Part shown: one piece after another, positions 47,531 to 58,705 of the stretch
Layout: each line of letters starts with the position of its first letter
How positions within the stretch are numbered: the stretch's first letter is position 1
Assembly (NCBI GenBank): GCA_904063045.1
Contig: CAJFCJ010000006.1
Location: 3,488,408 to 3,552,407, forward strand
Direction: 5' to 3'
Source: Dimorphilus gyrociliatus
Taxonomy: Eukaryota > Animalia > Annelida
Length of the DNA: 64,000 bases
Program-made: the position numbers and the translations under genes
The notes under the pieces: generated by a model
What the model was told of the DNA's origin: nothing
The model's input: only the letters and a program-made list of their open reading frames with translations
The model's database searches: none

Positions 47531-50357
47531 ATGGCGGTTTTCGAAAGAGAAAGAAGCGCGAAACTAACTCTGGACGATTCCATACCTTTATATTGCTTTA
47601 TTGAAACATCCCAAAATGTCAAAGATCATACGGTTAATATTTTCTAGAAATGGTTTTAAGAATCATTTTTTAATTACAATAAATCATTAAGAATTCTAAT
47701 TGTAGGAATATGTCATTCGAGTTCAAAGGGGTCCTTTATCGGATAAAAGCTGGAAAATTATGAAACGATATAGTGATTTTGTGGCATTAGATTATTATCT
47801 AAAATTTACTACTATTGAACTAACCTTGCCACCAAAAAAAGTATTTGGCAATAAGGAGAGAGAGTTCATCGCCGAAAGACAAAGAGGTCTGCAAAATTAT
47901 TTAAATAGTATATTATCGTATCCCTGCTTGGCAAACTGCTTGGAGGTAAAGAGATTCTTAGATTATGAAAATTACAAGGAAAATTTTTTGGGTAAATAAT
48001 ATATTCATCTATGCTTTGAATATTTTGCTTATCAAAATTCATTATCATTGTAGAGAAGGCATTAGAACATGTGTCAATGATGTTCAGGGCAGACCCAACT
48101 TGGCAAGTAGTAGAAGCTATTCCAGATATTGGATGGCGTATACGAAAAGAATACGTTTTAACTCGCCAAGTGTCAAACCCTAAAGGCAGATATGTTCTCA
48201 GCTGGGTAGGCTTCATTATGAACTGTTTAGTAAATGTGGTATAGATTTAGAAACTTAGCACAGTTTCAATCTAGTTTAGGAGATGTTATTATACTTTTTA
48301 TTTTTATTTGAAAAATAAAAACAATAAACTAAAACAACAGTAGAGAAAGTACTTAGCAGACGATTGTTTTTTTTCTTTAACAGACAGTATATGGTCCAGA
48401 TGCACCTCTGGGAGATAAATATTTTCAATCTTCTCTTGAATTATTATCACAATTTCAGGTAAGAGAATAAATTCATTGATACATAACTATACAAGCTTAT
48501 TAAATTTATCTTTTTATCTAGCACGATTTCATAGGAAAAATTGACAGGGTATTATCAAATACCTCTGGAGCATTAGTCGTTAGAGAATTTTATGAGGGTG
48601 GAACTTTAAAAGATATTATATACAAGGTATCTTATTAAAAAATGATGGAATTAAAAACAAGAAAAATTTCTAATTTCTTTCCCCTTTAGTCGAAGCCAAA
48701 GGTTTCGTATTTAAAAAAATACGCATCAATTAAAAAGTGTACTCCCCTCGATTACGTCACGATTCGTACATATTCAAAGCAGATTATAACAACTCTAAAA
48801 TATCTATACGAAAAGGGTTACTGTTACGGTAAAATTTTTAAAATTAATTTTATATTATACGTTTTTAACATTAATATATTTCTTATCAATTTTAAGGTCA
48901 TTTGCATACTGGAAATGTTGCTGTAGTCGATGGTAAATGCAAATTACTAGATCTTGAAAATTTTCTTCTCGGTGTGCCATCTCAATATAGACCTTATTAT
49001 ACCCAGTATAGAAAGATTCAGGTATTAAATATTTTCATTAGACTATTACGCTTACAATAAATATATTTTATTTATTTGTAAATAGACACTTGAACAAATA
49101 GACGTTTATAATTTTGGTCATACTCTGTACGAGATGGCTATTGGAAAGCCATTGATGTCACCAATTTGCCAATCATTTCCAATAGAGTGCCAACCCGATA
49201 TTCGTTCGATCTTAGAAAGTATTTTAACTAGCGAAGCTTGCAAAAATGGACTCCCAACTCTAGAGCAACTTCTTCAACATCCGTAAGTATTAACAGACAA
49301 ACTTTACATAAACTTTGTAGAAAATCTATATTTTAGAATTACCGATTGATTTATTTTTAAAAACTTTTCCTCAGATTTTTGTCGTCGGCCCCAAATACAT
49401 TATCAACTAAGCCGATAATAAAAATACCGAGAAAGTTAAAAGAATCATTAAGAGAGGCTGAGCTTAATTTTGAAGCAAGGTTGAGAGAAGAACAAAAAAC
49501 TGTTAGTTTAAAATTTTATTTTACTTGTTCAATCACTTTTAATAATGCGTCTTTATAGATTAGTCAACAAAAAAAAATAGAAAAATCTCGCGATTTTCAT
49601 ATGTCCGATACTGAAAAGCAAAAGAGGAAAAAAGCTTTAAAGGTTTGGAATGATTAATTAAATGTGAAATCTTTTATCTGCATTGTTTCAATTTCAATTT
49701 TAGAAATCTGGTTCTATAATGGAAAAAAGTAGTGAGAATTCTAACGTAGTTGAAGAAGAGCCGAAACAAAATGGTACTGCTCCACCCCCTCCTGTGCCTC
49801 AGGCTCCCCCACCCCCTGCTCCTCCTTCATTAGATTCTTCTTCAGGTAAAATTCGATTCTAACAGTAGTTTTCTATCTTGATACTGGTCATCACATATAT
49901 CTAATATCGTAGGAGATTCAGTTCCTAGTTTTTTGATATCAGTAAAGTCCCAAAACTTTTCTGGATATTTGCAATCATGCTTTAGTTTATAATCTTTTAT
50001 TTTATAAAGAGATTTTTCCGCCAAACTATTGAGAATTCCTGCGAGTTTCTCTTTGTCAATTTCTAGATTCATTTTCTGTTTGATATGATAATATTGATGA
50101 ATAATTATGCATATGAAAATGCAAACACCAATAGCCAATGATATGAGAAATACTGAAAGTGTTCTCTGTGAAAAAATATTGTCTTCCATTCCGTTTAAAT
50201 GTTCTTTATGACGTGTTTCTTTTTTTTATATTCAGAAACTGCAAAGTCACCTCCTGAAAACAGTAACAGATCGGCATTTTTAGGTTCAATTGCGTCATTT
50301 AATAAAACAGGTTTAAAGAAGACAACAACTGTTGATAAAAGTGCTCCAAAACTTTGA
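47531..50357 (+). CDS. PXK: PX domain-containing protein kinase-like protein
   Basis: LDDSIPL, PX domain (KRYSDF, LPPKKVFGN), pseudokinase domain (DIGWRIRKEY, GHLHTGNV), polyproline stretch, and C-terminal WH2 (RSAFLGSIASFNKTGLKKT). Confidence 0.95.
49842..50189 (-). CDS. Putative single-exon membrane protein nested antisense in the last PXK intron
   Basis: 115-aa ATG ORF almost entirely within PXK intron 49846-50235, with an N-terminal hydrophobic helix (LSVFLISLAIGVCIFICIII). Confidence 0.5.
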   Translation of the reverse strand: MEDNIFSQRTLSVFLISLAIGVCIFICIIIHQYYHIKQKMNLEIDKEKLAGILNSLAEKSLYKIKDYKLKHDCKYPEKFWDFTDIKKLGTESPTILDICDDQYQDRKLLLESNFT

Positions 50358-50578
50358 TAAAAGTTTACTCAAACTGCAATGACAATTTCATAATGTAATT
50401 GTGCTTTTTTCGTCTACAGTCAGAATGTGTTATTCGTATTGATAACAAAGTTCAAGTTATATAAATTGATTCAAATAAATATCTTTATATTTTTCTTCAA
50501 GTCGTATTACTTTTATGCAGCAATTATATACTTTCATACATTATGAGGCTAATAAAAAGTTACTTAAAGTTAGAACTT

Positions 50579-52618
50579 TCAATAATCTCCTCCTAAATCC
50601 CATAGACTACACATAGGGGAATCTATATCCATGTATGGTTTTATACCAAACAACCATCGATCGATTACTTGATACAGTTCAATGAATTCTTTTAAAACGT
50701 TTTGGCAGTTAGCTTCTACGTATCGAAACGTGATGCCTAATTTCTTTAAAATTCTTAAACCTCGCCGTATTAAAATTATCAGTCGCTCTTCCTTACTGTT
50801 TTTTGGTAATCTCCTCAACCAAGGATCCTTCTCAAATTCTTGAAAACTTTCTTCTCCTGATAATTGTTCCTTTATTAATATACTATAAAGAGAATGGGTA
50901 TATAAAATTAAACATCTACTGATTTCAGTAGAACATTTGCAGAAAGTTTGCAATGTATCGCCGTCGCAAGAATATATCATTGTCTGACACATAGATATTA
51001 CTCTTTCGGCTATGCTCATTCTAATTTCATCGTTCCTTCTCCTAAAGCATTTCAGGGTGTACAGTAAAGCTTTAAATACGCAGGTATCAGCCTTTAACTC
51101 AGATTTACTCTTTGAACATAATCGTCCAGCTATATCAGGAAAAGAACAAATCCGTATAATTAAATTTAGCAACTGAAGACAAAATTTAGCATATTCATCA
51201 TTATCTCTTTGACTATCATTCGTTTCTAACATAACTTTACTCATGCTCTGGTTCAAGAAAATACTCCTCACAAGCACTAAAATATCTTCACTACTTAAGG
51301 TGCCGTAGCTTATCCTTTCAAGAATCCTTAAAATAGCCGTTAGAACTTCATATTTTTCATTTAAATTGCCGTAATTCAAATTTGGCACAAAAAAAGAAGC
51401 TAAGAGTGATATAGGAGATGAATAAAGTCGAATCGAATCATCAATATCCATCTTAACATCACTTTCCTTCTCGTTCTTAAACCAATCAGCAACTAATATG
51501 GATCTATCAACGACCAGGTAATACAAAATATCAATACAATCTCGAAATAGTTTGCTTAGCTTTTCTGGCGGTACGCTGGAATTTCTTTCTGAGGTAGATA
51601 GGAACTGTAAATAGTTATTTATGTGTTCTAGTAAAAATGGCAATAGTCTCTTAGCACCCGCTGTTGCTTCGATTTCGTTGAATTCACTAACGTTTGAGCA
51701 GAGCAGATGATGTATAGCCCTCTCTACTTCCAATACTTCGCTTTCCTGGAGTGATGATAAAAAGGTATCAGTGATTAAATGCTTGTTGTAAAGGGCCATA
51801 TCATTGGTAGTTTGTAAAACTTCAAAATCAAATTCCCTCTTCTTTGATATTTTCGTTGGTATGCTTTTAGTTTGTTTAGACTTATCAGGACTTTCAGATA
51901 CATTTGGACCCATTAGAAATGAAGATTTATTCGGAAAGTCACCACTAGTTTTAACGGGAGATTTCTTTTTACTTTTAACAGGAGTGATATTACCTAAGTT
52001 AGTTGATGCATTCATCTCCATTTCATGAGTAAGTTTTTTACAAAATTGTTCTGTTTCAGTTATCTCATGATTTTTAAATGCCAGCTCTCCCTTATATCTT
52101 TCAACTTCTTTCTGTAACTGTTTAATTTTCTCAATGTTGTCTTTTTGGTTTTTTTCTTGATAGTCCAACTTTTCATTGCGTAATTTAGCCAATTGGTCAT
52201 CTCTTTGTCTTATAGACTGTCTCAGGTTGTATATTTCACCATCTTGCTGATATCTGTGATTTTTCATTTGATCTAGTTTTTGTTTGTAATTTTCAATTTC
52301 TTGCCTAGCGCGTTCCATGGGATCTTTGATTGTTGGATTTTCTTTAAAGGATGATTGCGTATCATCAAGATCCAGGATTGAGCAAGAGACTGGAGCATTC
52401 GTTAGATTAGTCTTTGAACCCAAAATGTTCTTGTTCACTATATGTATTGATTGAGATGCACATTGCGAGAGTGTTTCATCATCGACCTTTGATAATTCAT
52501 CATCAATCATTCCATCATCATCTCCCCAAAGATCAAATTTATCGCTTTCCTTCAGTTTTTTGTCAGGAGGACCGTTTAGCTGATTATCCCCGTCGTTTTT
52601 ATGTTTTCGGGATATCAT
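50579..52618 (-). CDS. ATRIP: ATR-interacting protein-like, single coding exon
   Basis: Acidic N-terminal motif with SQ sites, coiled coil with GEIYNLR and ELAFKNHE, SP sites, and a helical C-terminal region. First ATG is at 52618 behind a splice acceptor. Confidence 0.7.
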   Translation of the reverse strand: MISRKHKNDGDNQLNGPPDKKLKESDKFDLWGDDDGMIDDELSKVDDETLSQCASQSIHIVNKNILGSKTNLTNAPVSCSILDLDDTQSSFKENPTIKDPMERARQEIENYKQKLDQMKNHRYQQDGEIYNLRQSIRQRDDQLAKLRNEKLDYQEKNQKDNIEKIKQLQKEVERYKGELAFKNHEITETEQFCKKLTHEMEMNASTNLGNITPVKSKKKSPVKTSGDFPNKSSFLMGPNVSESPDKSKQTKSIPTKISKKREFDFEVLQTTNDMALYNKHLITDTFLSSLQESEVLEVERAIHHLLCSNVSEFNEIEATAGAKRLLPFLLEHINNYLQFLSTSERNSSVPPEKLSKLFRDCIDILYYLVVDRSILVADWFKNEKESDVKMDIDDSIRLYSSPISLLASFFVPNLNYGNLNEKYEVLTAILRILERISYGTLSSEDILVLVRSIFLNQSMSKVMLETNDSQRDNDEYAKFCLQLLNLIIRICSFPDIAGRLCSKSKSELKADTCVFKALLYTLKCFRRRNDEIRMSIAERVISMCQTMIYSCDGDTLQTFCKCSTEISRCLILYTHSLYSILIKEQLSGEESFQEFEKDPWLRRLPKNSKEERLIILIRRGLRILKKLGITFRYVEANCQNVLKEFIELYQVIDRWLFGIKPYMDIDSPMCSLWDLGGDY

Positions 52619-53111
52619 GTTTAGTTCTGGGGAAAAGTAAAGAGTGATAAGTACATCAATAGTTGTTAATCTACAAATCAAACGAACCCTATAAAAAACT
52701 TGTTGCAACTCCTTAAGGAATCTTCTATTTTCTATAAGGCATACTTAGTGGTAATACCAAAAAAAAAAGAGATTTCGGGTGAGCGAAAACACGAGTAGAA
52801 GGAACGCAACGGTCTTACTAAAAACCGGAACACTGAAATGGAATATGAATAAAATAATGTTCTCTTGAAAATCTCTGCAAATAATTTACTTTTTGATAAT
52901 CGATTTAACAAAATTATTTTATTTATATGTCTTTAAAATATATATTTTGATTAAACTTACAGATTTGATTTTCCTCGCCAAATATTTACTTTAACGAAAA
53001 ACCCATTAAAAAGAGCGCGGTTTCCAAGGTGTCTATAACTTTCAATAGAATGAAAAAAATGCTCTATAGGCCTAAGATTTATTACGTTACGTTAAGTTTT
53101 TGAATAAACCG

Positions 53112-55981
53112 ATGGATTTGTTAGCAATTGTTGTTTGTTCAATAACTCTACTGTTATTTAGAAAAGGGCTTAGTATAAAAGTGTGCCCATTTTACTTTTC
53201 TGAAGAATATCCATCTGATCTTTTCTTAGAAAATCCTATTGAAAATAGTTCTTCATTCATCATTCAAAATTTATTAGAATTAAAATCAAGCATTAGAATA
53301 TTACAAGAAAAAAAGTGTGAAATAATTGTTGGTCCTCAAAATAGTGAATTATATTCCATTATCGATCAAACAACTAATTTTAACGGTATCCATATAGTTC
53401 CATTTCGTTTGATTGAAAAGAAAAGTTCAATATTAGAGGTTAATAAATTTTTAACACGTTTTTCTATTTTTCAAATAACTAATTTGGTATTCTTTATTCA
53501 ATTTGTGTCTTTTAATAGTTTCTACCAACTATTTATGATCAAATTTCAATTTCAAAACTTATATTAAAAGACTTATGGCCGAATGAAATTGGTTTTGTAG
53601 CCGAGGATAATGGGGATTGCTTATCAGCCCTTTATGAGCTAGAGGAAATAGGCATTAAAGTTGAAGTACTACCTATAATAAAGTTATCAACAACAAAAAC
53701 TTTAAGTAAAAGTATACAAAAAATCGAAAAACACGGTAGGAATACGATAGATGGCGAGACTCTTTATATATAGTATCAAGATATATATATATTGGTTATT
53801 TAACACCTTATAGGGTTTTCAACCGTATTAATATGTACCAGAGATAGTAGATTGTCCTACTCGATAGTGGAAAAATCTAAAGATAAAGATTTAACTTGGA
53901 TATGGATTGATCCAACTTTAAATTTAATGAACTCGAATCAACCATCTAACTTAACATTTTCCGGGAAATTTTATGCTTTCGGTTTGAAATTCGATAATTA
54001 TCTCGATTCCACTTGGAAATTGGCTGTTCGGTTTGCTAATCATATTGCCAAAGTAGGCTTCTCCACGGTTGATGAAGCACGTGAACTGTTGGCAGACAAT
54101 TTAGTATTAGCCGCCTTAAAACTAGAAGAAAATTGGCATTGGATTGGAGATGGTAGACTACAGGACGGTTTGTTAAATGTAACAAACTCTAGCAACTTTC
54201 TTCCACCTGTTAAAAAAGGTAGAAAAATAATTTACGCATCATTGTCACCTGAAATGGTTAAGATTATAAAAAAATATCTTCAAAGCAGTCCTTTATTAAA
54301 ATAGTTCAATTTCAGGATTCTTTTTCCGTTCTCCTTCAACCAGAAAATAGCTTGACACTCTGTAAAAAAGAGTTTTCAGATCGTCACACTCACGAAGATG
54401 TTCACGTCAATGATATCTATTCTGGGCTATACGTAGCACTTTTGAGAAACTTTACAAAATCTCGAAACCTTTCTTGGACTTTCGATGCTCAAATTCCATC
54501 AACTTGTAAACGTCGGAATTGTAAGATTGGTGCATCAAAATACGATCAAGCAATTCTTGACTCTCTTACAGAAGGTCGTTCAGATGTATCAGTTGCGGGT
54601 ATCTATAATAAACCAGAATATGAGCGTTATGTTAGCTTTTCTGAGCCTTTGGGCAGAGTTTGTCTATCTGTAGTAACGCTACACGAGCCATTAAAAGATA
54701 GAATTGCAGAACTGTCGTCTATTATTGATACTTCGACATTGTTGAGAATTTTTGGCCTTGTAATAAGCTGCAGCATAGTTTTTTCAATTCTTTATTTTTT
54801 AAGCCCGTTTAGAGCAACATCCAATCCTTGTCGGTGTTTAAACAATGGCTATAAATATAAACGAAGCTTCTCATGCGATAGATCACTTTACGGTTGGTTA
54901 TCTTCCGTTACATCTGCATTAGTCTACAATGGATTTGGTCCTGCTCCAGCATCTTATTCTTCGAAGTTCTTTCTCTTCATGATTTATTATGTTTCATTTG
55001 TTCTATTAAACGCTTTTAGGTCTTTAACTATTTCATCCATTCTAAAATGGAGAATACTTCCGAGTTTAGGAGTTGATGATTTAAATGATGCTGTCGATGC
55101 ATTAGACAATGGGATTGAGGTATGGATTGAAAACGACAGTTACGTTCACGACTTTTTACGATCAAGATCTCACAAATCACCCTATTCGTATATAATAAAT
55201 GATATCGAGAAACACAAATGGTTTGTTAATAATACAAAAACTGGAATAAACATAGTTTTGGACGGTGTTAACGGTAAAAGGCGTATATTTATCGGAGAAA
55301 ATTTTAGGGTATATCATCATATAATAAAAGCTAAACCAAGGTATTCATGTTAATATGAAATATGTCTCCAAATAGAAATCTTAATGATTATCAATACTAT
55401 TTAGATGTAAATTAAAGATTGTAGAAGATTGTCGCTATGGTTATACACATTTGTCAGTTGCGATGGCGTTTCGAAAAGAATCCAATTTACACATTGACTT
55501 TAACAATTATCTTCATGAGATATTACCCACCAGAAAAATTGAGACTATAGCTAATGACTATATGGAGAGTAGGCCAATGGATGATTGCGGAGGAGTTTCT
55601 TATTTCTCAGTTCCGTTATTCAGACACATTAATCTTAGCCCAACACCAAACCAGCTATATAGGATATTTAGATACAATATTTTCTTGATTATAGGTGTAT
55701 TCTTTTTTGGCTTAGTTCACCGTCAACTATATTCATTAGTACAAAATTTCCGTATGAAGAGAGATCGTATTTATCAAGCTCAAATTAATGAATGGAGATT
55801 AATTAAACGATTTGGCAAAAGCCAGTTATCTGAGCAACTGACTGAGCTAAGTGATGAGGAAGAGGAAGATGACATCAATGGTCCATTTGTTACATTAAAG
55901 GACAAACTTTTAAAATATTTAAGTTCTAATCTAGAGCGACCAGCCCTAGTAACTTTCAAAGAGAGATCTGCTATACCATGA
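53112..55981 (+). CDS. Divergent ionotropic glutamate receptor / IR-family channel
   Basis: Five exons. Signal peptide, ATD-like region, S1 (DVSVAG..VSFSEP), M1, pore loop (SALVYNGFGPAPAS), M3, S2 (C.LKIV...MAFRKES) and M4. Confidence 0.8.
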
Positions 55982-56496
55982 TCTGTCATGTAAAAAAAAA
56001 AAACGAGTATTTTTACCTTTCGCTACATAACAATCAAATATTTTTTCTAGATAAAAGCATTATCAAAAGTCTGTATGCTTTATAGAACAAAGAAATTCAT
56101 ATGTCATATAATGCCTAGATGAAAGAACACCTTATGACACTCAAACCATTTTTAATTTACTTTCGTACTTTAGTTGCACCTTTGTCAAAAAAAAAGAAAC
56201 AATTCTATAACTATATTTAGGAAAAAATCATTTAAGAAATGGAAGGGAATCTTGTTTTAAAGGAACTTTAATCATAAACATTTTCTTTTATAAACTTTTT
56301 GCCTTATATCACAAAAAACGTGATATTTTATGATATTTCGTAATTTTTTTATGTCTTTCGTGTATTTTTTGTATTAAAAAAATCCAATAAAAATAATTTC
56401 ATTAAGTTTTTATTATTTATGTTAAAAATAGAATAGAATTTCCTTAAAATATTTGAAAAATACGTGCTTTCAATGCCTGGAAAAAAAATTTTGAAG

Positions 56497-56514
56497 GTCA
56501 CGTGACATCTATAA
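56497..56514 (+). promoter_or_regulatory. Ferritin A promoter: GTCACGTGAC palindrome plus TATA-like element
   Basis: GTCACGTGAC at 56497-56506 followed by CTATAA; the same arrangement occurs at ferritin B. Confidence 0.5.
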
Positions 56515-56542
56515 TTGTGTTGTTTCTGAGAGCGCCATTCTA

Positions 56543-56574
56543 TTGCTTAGCTGCGTCAGGGAACGTACAAGCAA
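56543..56574 (+). promoter_or_regulatory. Iron-responsive element (ferritin type) in the 5' UTR, loop CAGGGA
   Basis: TTGCTT-A-G-C(bulge)-TGCGT-[CAGGGA]-ACGTA-C-AAGCAA folds by eye into the ferritin IRE architecture. Confidence 0.8.
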
Positions 56575-56661
56575 GAAAAGCGTTGAATTTTTCACAGAAA
56601 ATTCTTTATTATCGTTAAACGATTACTCTACCGTGCTAATTTTATTGAATTACGGAAGAAT

Positions 56662-57685
56662 ATGTCTGCAATTCGTCAAAATTTTCACTCTGATTGTGAG
56701 GCTGCCATCAACAAGCTGATAAACTATAAACTACATATTTCTTACGTTTATCAGTCCATGGTATAATATACTTTAGTTTTTCTTTTTAGTTATAATATTC
56801 AAAATCCTAGTTTTAGTAAAATATTAACAAAAATACAACGACAAAAATCCGGTAAAGGAAATGACCTTGAAAACGTGACTTGCTTGACACAGACAACTCC
56901 AGGTTAAAAAAAACAGCTGTAAAATAAACATCTGATTACGTAATATATCGTAATATTTCATAAAAACCAATGAAAAATATTCAAGTGCTTTTAATATTAA
57001 GTAATTTATTATTACTTATATACTAATCACATAAATCAATAAAAACAACTAAGTTGTAATCAATTTTTGTTAACTTTCTGCATTGGATCCTGTAAAATAC
57101 ATTTTATATTGACTGAAATTTAATGTATATTTTGAAATAGGCTTGGCATTTTGATCGTGATGATGTCGCCTTACCTGGATTTCACAAGTTCTTCAAGCAC
57201 ATGTCAAATGAGAAACGCAATACTGCTACAATGCTGATGAAATGTCAAAATCTGCGTGGTGGAAGGATCATTTATCAAGATATTAAGGTAATTTGTAACA
57301 TTAAAAACTATAAATGTATAATATAGTAGTGGTAATTTTATCTCAGAGTCCAGAAAAGGAAAAATGGGGATGCGGTTTGGAATGTATGCAAGTAGCTTTG
57401 AACTTGGAGAAGAAAGTTAACGAGAATCTTTTGGAAATGCATAAACTAGCTTCTTCCCATAAGGATCCTATTTTATGCGACATGCTGGAAGATGACTATC
57501 TTCGTAAGCAAGTTCACAGCATCAGACGCTTGGGAAAATTCACAACCCAACTTAAACGTGTTGGTTCTGGTTTGGGAGAATTCACTTTTGATCATGAAGT
57601 TCTCCAAGATTTTGAACCAGGAGTTGCAAGAAAAGCTAACAATCAACAGATTGTAACCAAACTTAACGAAGATACCCAAAAATGA
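56662..57685 (+). CDS. Cytosolic ferritin paralog A, ferroxidase-deficient, C-terminally extended
   Basis: Exons 56662-56760, 57141-57287 and 57347-57685. [18 protein letters not shown] and LGEFTFD motifs are present; ferroxidase ligands are substituted. Confidence 0.95.
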
Positions 57686-58519
57686 ATATCATTGATTATT
57701 CTAAAATGCATTTCCCGTTGATTACTTTAAAATTGATTCTATCAATAGTATTTTGCTGAACCTGAAATCCTGATCCTCCCAACTGACAATAAATAAACTT
57801 CAATTGAAAATTTAAATAATACAAAAAAAATTACGCAAAGTATTTTTCTTTTTTCGTTAAGCTATTAACACATCTTAAACTTGGAAAGAAAATGAGGTTA
57901 ATAGGATATTTAACATTATTATCATCCGTCTATTATCAAGTAGAGGTTATTATGGTAGCTTGTAAGAATGTTCAAATTACAATTTGTACTGGGAGTAAAG
58001 TTTGAACAAAAGAATAAAAGAGATATCTAGGTTTACATATAAAACAATTAGTATTTATTTGAAATAAGAAGAAAAGCTTATTGAAATTTTTTGTAATATT
58101 TCTTTACGATAATTCTAAAGATTAATATAATCCCACAGACAACTCTATGTTGAGTCATTTGTAATTATTTCTCTTTTGTTGAAAATATTCCGTTCCTGTT
58201 GGAAAGAAAAAAACTGATATAAATATTTTACTTTATACTTTAATAGGTTGGGGGAATTTCCTATAAACTTCTTATAGTGCAAAGAGACTATTTTTTGAAA
58301 AGTCATAGCTATTATGGAAAATGCTCTCTGGTGCAAACAAGACCTATTTTGAAGATAAGTGCAGCAATGATTCACTTTAATAAGTATAGCCGTTTACAAA
58401 AATTTTGTTCATGTCCTAAAAAATACAACCTCGATCTAATGACTAACAAAACTGAAACTGAGAGGAGAAGATTTCAATATATTATATGGACTAAACGCTG
58501 CAAAAAAACGATATTTAAT

Positions 58520-58705
58520 ATGAAGAGATTAATCCTAACGTTTAGTGGAATAAAACGTTTAAATTATTTAACAAATAAGGAAATATCCAATAGAACTGAA
58601 GATAGAAAGAGAAAGTTCTTTTTTATTACATATATAGTTGCTATGTTAGTAGTCATCATCATCATCTTAGATAACTATTACCAAGACAATAGAGAAGGTC
58701 AATAG
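58520..58705 (+). CDS. Possible small single-pass membrane protein between the ferritins
   Basis: ATG ORF (part of a longer open frame from 58277) with RKRK followed by the hydrophobic FFFITYIVAMLVVIIIIL. No homolog recognised. Confidence 0.25.
   Translation: MKRLILTFSGIKRLNYLTNKEISNRTEDRKRKFFFITYIVAMLVVIIIILDNYYQDNREGQ

Noticed and set aside
48627-48640. GTATCTT donor in PXK resembling a U12 5' splice site
   Set aside because: It does not match GTATCCTT and no U12 branch point (TCCTTAAC) is evident.
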